DNA from: a bacterium
Lineage (GTDB): Bacteria; JAMCPX01
Direction of reading: 5' to 3'
Assembly: GCA_021787655.1 (NCBI GenBank)
Contig: JAJYLM010000003.1
Span: 1 to 35,960 of the forward strand
Length of the DNA: 35,960 bases
Shown here: positions 9,556 to 17,981 of the stretch, in pieces
Layout of the letters: every line of letters starts with the position of its first letter
How positions within the stretch are numbered: position 1 is the first letter of the stretch
The notes under the pieces: model-generated
Told to the model about the DNA's origin: nothing
What the model saw: the letters and a program-made list of their open reading frames with translations, nothing else
Database searches by the model: none
Made by a program: the position numbers and the translations under genes

Positions 9556-10332
9556 ATGCTGTTAACCATTGATGTCGGCAATACGAATATAGTGTTCGGG
9601 GTGTTCGAGAATGATACCCTGATCACGCACTGGAGAGTCGTAACATCACGGGACAGGACTGCCGATGAATATAAGCTGCTGCTCAAAGAACTGTTCGCCC
9701 TCGACAAAATATCGGTCTCCGGCGTCCGTGGAATCGCTGTTTCCTGCGTCGTTCCTCCCGTCATTGCGGCGCTCGAGAAGGCATGCCTGGAACTGTTTAC
9801 CTTAAAACCCTTTCTCATCGGACCCGGTATCAAGACGGGTATCAGTATAATGTACGATAACCCGAAAGAAGTCGGCGCAGACAGGATCGTGAACGCCGTT
9901 GCCGGGTATGACAAGCACAAAAAAAACCTGATCATCGTTGATTTCGGTACGGCCACGACGTTTGATTGTGTCAGCAAAAAAGGAGAATACCTGGGAGGGG
10001 TCATCGTACCCGGAATCGGTATATCCCTGGAGGCCCTGTTCACGCATGCATCCAAGCTTCCCCGGATTGAGATCACGGCGCCGCCGGCGGTTATCGGGAC
10101 CAACACCGTCCAGAGCATGCAGTCGGGCATATTTTACGGTTATCTGTCCCTGGTCGACGGTATAATCAAGCTGATAGCGAAAGAAATGAATGAAGAGAAA
10201 CCGTTCGTGATCGCCACCGGAGGGTTTGCAGAGCTGATCGGAAATGCCTGTTCGAGCATCAGCGAAGTTGATGAATTCTTGACTTTAAAGGGGTTAAAGC
10301 TAATATATAGCAAGAATCTCGCTAAAAAATAG
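9556..10332 (+). CDS. coaX: Type III pantothenate kinase
   Basis: MLLTIDVGNTN, EVGADRIVNA, VDFGTATTFD, YLGGVIVPG, VIATGG, LTLKGL. Confidence 0.95.
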   Translation: MLLTIDVGNTNIVFGVFENDTLITHWRVVTSRDRTADEYKLLLKELFALDKISVSGVRGIAVSCVVPPVIAALEKACLELFTLKPFLIGPGIKTGISIMYDNPKEVGADRIVNAVAGYDKHKKNLIIVDFGTATTFDCVSKKGEYLGGVIVPGIGISLEALFTHASKLPRIEITAPPAVIGTNTVQSMQSGIFYGYLSLVDGIIKLIAKEMNEEKPFVIATGGFAELIGNACSSISEVDEFLTLKGLKLIYSKNLAKK

Positions 10333-10343
10333 AGGGAGGCTCC

Positions 10344-10823
10344 ATGACTTCTGAAAGTGCAGAAGAATTGTTTGAAAAAGCCCTTACCTTAATCCGGGCA
10401 AAGAAGGAGCGTGAAGCCTTTGAACTTCTGGCGAGGATTTTCGAGAATACGTCATCGTCTGTCTATGAAACGGAAGCGAGATATCTCTCGTACTACGGTT
10501 ATCTGACCGGGGTCGTTGCGCACAATTACCAACAGGGTATCGAATTATGCAACGAAGCCATCAAAAAGGAATTTTTTCATCCTGATTTTTATCTGAATCT
10601 TGGCAAGCTGTACCTTGCCGTCAGCAACAAACACATGGCGGTAAAAGCCTTTTACAAAGGCTTACGGATAGACGGCGCGAACAAAGAACTCAAGGAGGAA
10701 ATCAAAAAGCTCGGTGTGCGCAGGAAACCGGTGTTTTCATTTTTTACCCGGGATAACCCTGTTAACAGGTTCGCAGGCAGGACACGGGCCGTATTCCGCA
10801 GACTACTCAAGGGGGCAAAATGA
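10344..10823 (+). CDS. Tetratricopeptide-repeat protein with basic C-terminus
   Basis: RBS GGGAGG; helical TPR-like motif PDFYLNLGKLYLAVSNKHMAVKAFYKGLRID. Confidence 0.7.
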   Translation: MTSESAEELFEKALTLIRAKKEREAFELLARIFENTSSSVYETEARYLSYYGYLTGVVAHNYQQGIELCNEAIKKEFFHPDFYLNLGKLYLAVSNKHMAVKAFYKGLRIDGANKELKEEIKKLGVRRKPVFSFFTRDNPVNRFAGRTRAVFRRLLKGAK

Positions 10824-12904
10824 GCGACCGTAACGAGCAGACGAGGAACATTGCAATTATTGGATTCGGATCAAGCGGTAAAACGCAGTTGGCAGATACG
10901 CTGCTGTATAACGCGAAGGCTGTTCCGGGTATTGGAAAGGTCATCGATAAGACATCCAACATGGTACTTGAGCAGGAAGAATTCGAACACCTGACCACTA
11001 TCACCGCATCTGTTGCGACGATAGAGATCAACGGGATGCGGTTGAATATTATCGATACCCCGAGTCAGGACGGTTTTATCGGCGAAACGATCAATGCGTT
11101 GCAGTCCGTCGACGGAGCCATCTTTGTCATGAGCGCGCACACGGACATAAAACAGGAAATGGAAATGCTCCTGAAACAGACGGCCGCCCTGGACCTGCCG
11201 GTATTGTTTTTTCTCAATAAAATGGATGCCGAGAATGCGGATTTTTATGCATCCCTCAAAGAGTACAGCGCACACCTGAACATTCCACTGACACCGGTCG
11301 CGCTGCCACTGGGCAGTGAACACAGCTTCGAGGGCGTCTACAACCTGATTGACAAAACAGCTGCACTCTATCCGAAAGACGGTTCCGGACATCCAAAACA
11401 AGGCAGCCGCGGCGCGCCTCCGGAGGCTGGGGAATTTGAAAAAAAATTGATCGAAGCCGTTGCGGAAAGTGATGATTCCCTCCTTGAAAAATACCTCAAC
11501 AATGCGAAGCTGGATATCAGCGAACTGTCCGGTGCAATCAGAAAAGCCGTTTTATCGCGGGCACTGTTCCCGGTGGTGCCGGGTTCTGCACTTCTCAATA
11601 TCGGGATCGATAAACTTCTGGAATTCTGCTCCCTCTGGCTGCCGCATCCCACACTTCTCACGACGAAGGTCCTCTTGAAGTCTGCTGACGGAGTGCAGAC
11701 CCTCGAGTCCGGCAAAACGGACGCGGAGAAGCCGGTCGTGTTTGTGTTCAAGACATCCATGGATCCGTACGCTGGTAAAATGAGCTATGTGAGAATATTT
11801 TCCGGGAAGCTGACACCGGAAACGGTGCTCTATAATGCACAGACCGGCAGTGAGGAAAAAACAAACCATCTGCACATGATGATCGGCAAGAAAAGCAAGC
11901 CCATCGACAGTGCACAAGCAGGTGACATCGTGGCACTTGCGAAACTGCAAACCACCAGGACCACGGACACCCTGAAAGGGATAAAAGATGCTTTTCATAT
12001 ACAACCTCTCTATAAACCGAGGAAATTGGTTGCCTACGCAGTGAAGCCCAGGGGCAAGAGTGATGAAGATAAAATCACCCAGACCCTGAATAAGATCGTG
12101 GAAGAAGATACGTCGCTGTCGGTGCGGAGGGACGCCCAGATCAAAGAACTGATCATCGAGGGTGTTTCGAAAGAACAGCTGGAAATAGTGATGCACAAGG
12201 CACGGCGCAAGTACGGGATTGATCTTGAGCTCGTTCTGCCGGACATTCCCTATAAAGAGACGATCAAGGGAAAGGCAGAAGCTCAGGGGAAATATAAGAA
12301 ACAGTCAGGCGGCAGGGGGCAGTACGGTGATGTATGGCTCAAGCTTGAACCTCTGCACCGGGGGAAAGGTGTCGAATTCGTTGATAGTATTGTCGGAGGC
12401 GCAATCCCAAGACAATACGTACCGGCAGTCGAGAAGGGGGTACGCGAAGCCGCAGTGGAAGGGTTCCTCGCTGGGTTTCCTGTTGTGGATTTTTCAGCAA
12501 CGGTGTATGATGGGTCTTACCACGTTGTTGACTCATCGGAACTCGCATTCAAGATCGCGGGCTCGTTTGCTTTTAAAAAATGTATGGAGAGTGCTACACC
12601 CATAATACTGGAGCCGATTATGCTGATCACGGTGGTTGTACCGGAATCATTTACCGGTGAGGTTATCGGCGTCTTGAATTCAAAACGGGCTAAAATACTC
12701 GGTATGGAACCAGACGAAAGCAAGAAACAGGTGATCAGGGCGCATGTACCGCTCTCGGAGGTCCAGTCCTATGGTGATGAATTGAGGTCGATAACAAAGG
12801 GCATGGGAACATTCGATATTACCTATTTCGGCTATGAGGAGGTACCCGCGCATATCGCGGAGAAGATTATTGCAAGTAAAAACAAAAAAGAGGTAAAAGT
12901 ATAG
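10820..12904 (+). CDS. fusA: Elongation factor G paralog (EF-G II-like) with degenerate GTPase motifs
   Basis: RNIAIIGFGSSGKT, NIIDTPSQ, NKMD, PYKETIK, KKQSGGRGQYGDV, IVGGAIPRQY, DGSYHVVDSSELAFKIAG, ILEPIM; 694 aa; not in an rpsL-rpsG-tuf context. Confidence 0.9.
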   Translation: MSDRNEQTRNIAIIGFGSSGKTQLADTLLYNAKAVPGIGKVIDKTSNMVLEQEEFEHLTTITASVATIEINGMRLNIIDTPSQDGFIGETINALQSVDGAIFVMSAHTDIKQEMEMLLKQTAALDLPVLFFLNKMDAENADFYASLKEYSAHLNIPLTPVALPLGSEHSFEGVYNLIDKTAALYPKDGSGHPKQGSRGAPPEAGEFEKKLIEAVAESDDSLLEKYLNNAKLDISELSGAIRKAVLSRALFPVVPGSALLNIGIDKLLEFCSLWLPHPTLLTTKVLLKSADGVQTLESGKTDAEKPVVFVFKTSMDPYAGKMSYVRIFSGKLTPETVLYNAQTGSEEKTNHLHMMIGKKSKPIDSAQAGDIVALAKLQTTRTTDTLKGIKDAFHIQPLYKPRKLVAYAVKPRGKSDEDKITQTLNKIVEEDTSLSVRRDAQIKELIIEGVSKEQLEIVMHKARRKYGIDLELVLPDIPYKETIKGKAEAQGKYKKQSGGRGQYGDVWLKLEPLHRGKGVEFVDSIVGGAIPRQYVPAVEKGVREAAVEGFLAGFPVVDFSATVYDGSYHVVDSSELAFKIAGSFAFKKCMESATPIILEPIMLITVVVPESFTGEVIGVLNSKRAKILGMEPDESKKQVIRAHVPLSEVQSYGDELRSITKGMGTFDITYFGYEEVPAHIAEKIIASKNKKEVKV

Positions 12905-12905
12905 T

Positions 12906-14024
12906 ATGGATGACAAGAGCAAAGGGACAAAGAAAACAATAGCGGATGAGTTGCTGGAGGATAATTTTTTTAAGCCCCCGATAGACGATGTTATTGAAGA
13001 AACCTCTCCGGCAAAGAAAACGGCCGGGATGGAAACAGTTCAGCCGGGAAGCTCAAGGGGGGCGGAAGAGAGCCTGCTGTTTGATGATTTTCTCAAATCT
13101 CCTGCTGAATCATCCCAGGATGAAGTTTCCGAACTGACGAGCCGGGAAGAACCGGTCATCATCCCGTCTGCTCCTGTACCTGCAGCCCGTTCTGCAAGTC
13201 CTCGTGTTGTCACTGCCCAGGAATCGAAAAAAAGTGGCAGCTCCGTCAAGCTGATTGTTGCTTCGGTGGGGGCAGTCGTCGTTGTTCTCGCTCTTGGTGT
13301 TGCCTATATCATGATGCGTCATCCGTCCCCGGTTTCCGTGCAGAACAATGCCGTCCAGGGAACCCAGCACGTTGCCGTTGTTCGTCCTGAAGCGGGGAGT
13401 GCCTCTGAACATCCTGCGGCAGCGGCGACCGCTCCTCAGGCAGCACAGCCGGCTCCCGTTGCAGAAAACACCGGTCATGAAAGTAAACCTCCGGCAGCCG
13501 CGCAGGTGGCGGAAAATGTACCTCCTGCGGCAGCCGTACAACCGGCACAACAGGCAGTAAAAAAGTTTGAAGTAACGCTCGACAACGTCAGAACCCAGGG
13601 TGCCATCGGCACGATCAAGCGGATAGGAGCGTCCATGGATAAAGGCCTGAGCTTTGATGTTGCACAGAACAAAACGACGGTCACCTCCTATGCCCTGTAC
13701 GTCGACAAGGTCTATCCATCGGAAGGTGAAGCAACTGCCGATAATCTCAAGTTAATGGTGGCGAACATTTCCAATGCCTCGGTCGTGAAGGCGGACGGCG
13801 GATACCGGATTCTTATAGGCAAATATGCCTCCAGGGCACGGGCTTCGTCCGACATAAAAAATCTCAAAGCAGCGGGATTGAAAGAACTCCTTAAGACGGT
13901 TCAGAGTTCATCGACCACGTTTACGGTGAAGGCGTTCCCGTTTCCATCTTCCCGTGCAGCGAGAGCGTATGAGGCAAAGGTAAAGAGGTTTGGAGCAAAA
14001 ACAACAACGATGGAAATGAAATAA
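12906..14024 (+). CDS. Bitopic membrane protein with Pro/Ala-rich linker and SPOR-like C-terminal domain(s)
   Basis: Acidic N-terminus, single TM (LIVASVGAVVVVLALGVAYIMM), P/A/Q-rich linker, YRILIGKYASRARA and FTVKAFPFPSSRAA (SPOR-like YRVxxGxFxSRxxA). Confidence 0.7.
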   Translation: MDDKSKGTKKTIADELLEDNFFKPPIDDVIEETSPAKKTAGMETVQPGSSRGAEESLLFDDFLKSPAESSQDEVSELTSREEPVIIPSAPVPAARSASPRVVTAQESKKSGSSVKLIVASVGAVVVVLALGVAYIMMRHPSPVSVQNNAVQGTQHVAVVRPEAGSASEHPAAAATAPQAAQPAPVAENTGHESKPPAAAQVAENVPPAAAVQPAQQAVKKFEVTLDNVRTQGAIGTIKRIGASMDKGLSFDVAQNKTTVTSYALYVDKVYPSEGEATADNLKLMVANISNASVVKADGGYRILIGKYASRARASSDIKNLKAAGLKELLKTVQSSSTTFTVKAFPFPSSRAARAYEAKVKRFGAKTTTMEMK

Positions 14025-14025
14025 G

Positions 14026-15231
14026 ATGTTCGAGAATCTGTCGGATAGCGCTCGTCTTTACCTTAAAGAGTCCCTCCCGAAACAACTTCTGTCCGCTGTT
14101 GTCAAGGGACTGGTACCGCTCGAGCCGAGGGAACTGCTGATCGTTATAGCTTATCATTATGAAAAATGTGATGAACAGGCCCGGGCAGATGCGCTCAGTA
14201 CGGTAACATCAATGCCGGCCGGAATAATCGATGCTGCGGTAGCGGGCGACGTACCTGACTTTGTCCTGAGCTTTGTTTATCAGCAGTGCAGTCTGTCCCA
14301 GAGTTCGCTGGATGCCCTGGTGACGAACAAAAATATCTCCGATGATACCCTGGTAATGCTTGCCGGAACAGATAATGAATCCTTGCTCGAACTCATTGCA
14401 AAGAACCAGATGAGGATTCTCAAGAACGACAGGATCTTCGATGCGTTGATAACGAATCCCCGCCTGCCAAAAATAGCGAAAGACCAGATCATGGAGTTTT
14501 TTACCATGGTGGCGGGCAAGGAACTGGTGAAACTGAACATCAAGATCGAGAAGAAAGATACAGCCGCAGCTGCGGACAAGGGTACCGGTCTGCCGTCTGC
14601 ACTTTCCCAGAACAGGGATCTGCCCGCCGATGTTCAAAAGGCAGGATTGCCATCGGATACGGCCATGCTGCCGAGCCAGATGTCCTCGCAGTTGCCGTCG
14701 GAACGGGGTTCTGACCTGCCCGCGACGGTCATTGACAATCTCCCGGTCAACCTGATCGCCCAGGAACTGCCGTCCGAGTTGATCAGTGATCAGGAAGAAG
14801 GACAAAGCATGGATGAAGGTGTGCGGGCGACACTTTTTCAGCGGATACAAAAAATGACTGTTTCGCAGAAAATAAAACTGGCACTGCTTGGCAACAAAGA
14901 GGCCCGGAACATTCTTTTGAGGGATTCGAACCGCGTCGTCATAGAAGCAGTCATCAAAAGCCCCCGGATTACGGACGGTGAGGTTATCGGCATAACGAAC
15001 TCGCGCAGTGTCAGCGAGGACATCATCAGGATGATCGCGGGAAACAGGGAATGGCAGAAGAACTACCGGATACGCCAGGCGCTTGCAGCAAATCCGAAGA
15101 CGCCGGTTCCGATAGCTATCAAATTGCTTGAAACTATGTCGAAACAGGACTTAAAGAATCTCAGTAACAGTAAGAATATAGCTTCTGTAGTTGCCACTAC
15201 AGCAAAACGAATGATGGGAGATGCAAAATAA
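14026..15231 (+). CDS. Conserved hypothetical all-alpha (HEAT/LRV-like) protein with internal LP[S/A/V] repeats
   Basis: IQKMTVSQKIKLALLGNKEARNILLRDSNRVV...KSPRITDGEV...ALAANPKTP pattern; stop overlaps next ATG (TAATG). Confidence 0.65.
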   Translation: MFENLSDSARLYLKESLPKQLLSAVVKGLVPLEPRELLIVIAYHYEKCDEQARADALSTVTSMPAGIIDAAVAGDVPDFVLSFVYQQCSLSQSSLDALVTNKNISDDTLVMLAGTDNESLLELIAKNQMRILKNDRIFDALITNPRLPKIAKDQIMEFFTMVAGKELVKLNIKIEKKDTAAAADKGTGLPSALSQNRDLPADVQKAGLPSDTAMLPSQMSSQLPSERGSDLPATVIDNLPVNLIAQELPSELISDQEEGQSMDEGVRATLFQRIQKMTVSQKIKLALLGNKEARNILLRDSNRVVIEAVIKSPRITDGEVIGITNSRSVSEDIIRMIAGNREWQKNYRIRQALAANPKTPVPIAIKLLETMSKQDLKNLSNSKNIASVVATTAKRMMGDAK

Positions 15232-16139
15232 TGGCTCTATTAAACTCGAACAAGAAGGAAATCAATGCAAAGATAGTGTATTATGGACCGGGGTTGTCGG
15301 GCAAGACCACCAACATCCAGTATATCTATAAGAAATTAAAACCGGAACATAAGGGTAAATTGATGACCCTCGCCACCCAGACAGACAGGACGCTGTTCTT
15401 TGACTTTCTGCCGGTCGAACTGGGAGAGATTAAAGGTATGAAGGTACGGTTTCAGCTGTATACCGTCCCCGGCCAGGTTTTTTATAACGCAACGCGGAGA
15501 CTGGTGCTGAAAAATGTCGACGGCATCGTTTTCGTGGCGAGTGCCGAGAAAGACAAAATGTACGACAACCTTGAAAGTTTTAAAAACCTTGAAGAGAATG
15601 TTCAGCACTATGGAAGGGTTCTGACCGATATACCGCTCGTGGTCCAGTATAACAAGATGGATCTGCCGAACGTCAATACCGTCCAGGACATGCAGAAGGA
15701 ACTGAACCGCTTTAACGTGCCGTATTTCGAGGGTTCGGCGAGTACCGGCGCCGGCGTGCTGCAGACACTCACAGGTATTACAAAATTGGTCGTTCACCGG
15801 CTCAAGAGTCAGGCATCGATCACCGATGCCGAGAAAGCGCAGAATAAGGAACTCAAAGAGATTCAGCTGGAAAATGAAAGCACGGAGCAGGAAAGTATCC
15901 AGAACCAGCAGGTTTCCGGACCGGTCCGGGAGCCTGACATGCCGAAGGCGGAACAGCAGCGTTCACCGGCACCGTCACCGGCAAAGGCTGCGGCACGTGT
16001 TCAGGTTTCGAAGAAACTCCTCAATGTTCTCGAGGTGGGTAAACCCGAGCTTTTGAGCAACAATACAGTTATCATTCCCGTTACTGCCGTGGATGATGAA
16101 AAAGCACAGTATGAACTCAAGGTGACCATCAAGCTTTGA
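15231..16139 (+). CDS. mglA: MglA-family small GTPase with ~110 aa C-terminal extension
   Basis: EINAKIVYYGPGLSGKTTNIQYI, TDRTLFFDFLP, FQLYTVPGQVFYNATRRLVLKNVDGIVFVA, QYNKMDLP. Confidence 0.88.
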   Translation: MALLNSNKKEINAKIVYYGPGLSGKTTNIQYIYKKLKPEHKGKLMTLATQTDRTLFFDFLPVELGEIKGMKVRFQLYTVPGQVFYNATRRLVLKNVDGIVFVASAEKDKMYDNLESFKNLEENVQHYGRVLTDIPLVVQYNKMDLPNVNTVQDMQKELNRFNVPYFEGSASTGAGVLQTLTGITKLVVHRLKSQASITDAEKAQNKELKEIQLENESTEQESIQNQQVSGPVREPDMPKAEQQRSPAPSPAKAAARVQVSKKLLNVLEVGKPELLSNNTVIIPVTAVDDEKAQYELKVTIKL

Positions 16140-16204
16140 GGTCAGTTTCCGGTCCTCTGCAGGTAATGCAGGAACGTTCATCAAACGAAAAAGGAGAGAA
16201 GGCA

Positions 16205-16543
16205 ATGTCAGATTTTTTGATCGTTACAACAGAATCCATCCCCGGCTACCGTGTTACCGGGATCCTTGGTACGGTTTTTGGAGTCAGTGTGCGGTCCCGC
16301 AGTATTGTGGGTAACTTTCTCGGTAATCTGAGCGCAATCCTGGGAGGCTCCCAGGAAGGCTATGTGAAGATGGTAACGCAGTCCAGAGAGGACGCGATCG
16401 AACGGATGGCAGCCCAGGCGAAGAGTATCGGGGCGAACGCTATTATCATGATGAGGTTTGATTCCGGCGAATTCGATGCCGGGCAGGGCCAGGCAATGAA
16501 TGAAGTCATCGCGTACGGAACAGCAGTCAAGATCGAACAATAA
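16205..16543 (+). CDS. YbjQ/UPF0145 family protein
   Basis: IVTTESIPGYRVTGILGTVFGVSVRSR...GG...REDAIERM...GANAII...AYGTAV; start at ATG 16205 after AGGAG. Confidence 0.9.
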   Translation: MSDFLIVTTESIPGYRVTGILGTVFGVSVRSRSIVGNFLGNLSAILGGSQEGYVKMVTQSREDAIERMAAQAKSIGANAIIMMRFDSGEFDAGQGQAMNEVIAYGTAVKIEQ

Positions 16544-16691
16544 CCCCGGTCATTCAATAGTAGTATAGTATTTCCGTCATTCTGCCTGAAGGGTGGATCT
16601 TCGGTCAGGGAGCGAGCATCCCGGATGCATGGTATCAGGCGGAATAGAGCGGGGACTTTCTTACGAAGGAACAAGAAATTCTTGTCAGTAT

Positions 16692-17552
16692 CTAAAACGG
16701 GTAAAGGGTAAAGGATACGAGCTGTGTGCTGTTGCTCTGGTTCATGACATCCCCGACGTAGGTGTACGCAAGCGTAAATCGCGGTGCCTTCCATGCAATG
16801 CCGCCGGAAAAGGTCTTGGTGTTCTCGGCCGTTTCCCATGCGTATCCGCCGCGCAATGCGATCTGCTGGACGAAGACCAGCTCACCCCCGGCATGATAGT
16901 CGATGCTGTTCTTTGATGCCACTTCGAGGTTTTTGACGGCGTCGAAAGCAATGGTCAGGACACCATGGAGGATCATGGAAATACCGGTATCGATCAGCCT
17001 CGGCGGAAGCTGATCCCGTGTTCCCCGTATTCTGGTGAGGTTCAATCCTGCAATGGAAAGGTTTAAGAAGGATACACCCGGTGAAAAAATAAGACCGTAT
17101 CCCAGAGATTCGGCCTGACCGGAGAGCGCGCCGGACAACAGGTCCATCCTCCCGGTGACACCGACGCTCAGGACACCGGGCTCGCCGGCGGAGAGCGCCA
17201 TTGCATAGGTGTTCCTCTGGACATAGTCCGATGCCAGTTTATAGATGTCATGGTAATAGCCAAATCCAGCACCGACCTCGGACGTCGTACTGTCGACCGC
17301 CGAGAAATCGAGTCTGCTGCCACTGTACGGGTTGGTAAACAGGTAGCCGGTCTCTGTACCGTAGCGTTTTGTTGCGCTGATGCCGGCTGGGTTCACGATG
17401 ATCGCTGCATTGTCGTCCGCGATAGAACCGAATGCCCCGCCCATACCTGCAGATGCAGGCGTCGCGTATAAATACAGGGAATCAGCGTACGAAGAACAGG
17501 TTGCGAAAAGTATAACAAGAAAGGCTGCTGCTGTAAAAAAGCGCAGCCTCAC
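16692..17552 (-). CDS. Outer-membrane beta-barrel protein (FadL/PorV-like N-terminal motif)
   Basis: Signal peptide; ASAGMGGAFGSIADDNAAIIVNPAG; IALRGGY; terminal F. Confidence 0.7.
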   Translation of the reverse strand: MRLRFFTAAAFLVILFATCSSYADSLYLYATPASAGMGGAFGSIADDNAAIIVNPAGISATKRYGTETGYLFTNPYSGSRLDFSAVDSTTSEVGAGFGYYHDIYKLASDYVQRNTYAMALSAGEPGVLSVGVTGRMDLLSGALSGQAESLGYGLIFSPGVSFLNLSIAGLNLTRIRGTRDQLPPRLIDTGISMILHGVLTIAFDAVKNLEVASKNSIDYHAGGELVFVQQIALRGGYAWETAENTKTFSGGIAWKAPRFTLAYTYVGDVMNQSNSTQLVSFTLYPF

Positions 17553-17980
17553 GGTTTACCTGCTCCAGTTTTCAAGAGCTTGTAGGTATACGATAGTTTT
17601 GCCGTTTTCCCGAGCATTGCAGAGGCAGAGCAAAACTTGTTCTGGGAGAGTTCGATGGCCCGCTCGACGTCCTTTTCCTCCATGGTTCCTTCAATAATAT
17701 ACTCCAAAGTTATGGAGGTATAGACCTTCGGATGCTCTGCAGCCCGTTCGGCATGGATGTTCAGCGTGAAGTTCGTTACCTGCTTGCGCATCTTTTTCAA
17801 GATCGACACGACGTCCATTCCTGTGCACCCGCCTAATCCCGCAAGCAGGAGTTCCATTGGACGCGCGCCGGTATCATCGCCGTCATGAGCTTTTTCTGCA
17901 TCCATCGTCACACGATGATTTGAACCGGTTACGGCCTCAAACTGCATTCCCTGTTTCCACGTGATTTGAGTGGTCGGCAT
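17549..17980 (-). CDS. OsmC/YhfA family protein
   Basis: GARPMELLLAGLGGCTGMDVVSIL...HPKVY...AIELSQNKFCSAS with both conserved Cys. Confidence 0.92.
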   Translation of the reverse strand: MPTTQITWKQGMQFEAVTGSNHRVTMDAEKAHDGDDTGARPMELLLAGLGGCTGMDVVSILKKMRKQVTNFTLNIHAERAAEHPKVYTSITLEYIIEGTMEEKDVERAIELSQNKFCSASAMLGKTAKLSYTYKLLKTGAGKP

Positions 17981-17981
17981 A

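Noticed and set aside
16593-16916. 107-aa + strand ORF after ybjQ
   Set aside because: Overlaps the 3' end of the beta-barrel gene on the opposite strand; no motif or convincing RBS.
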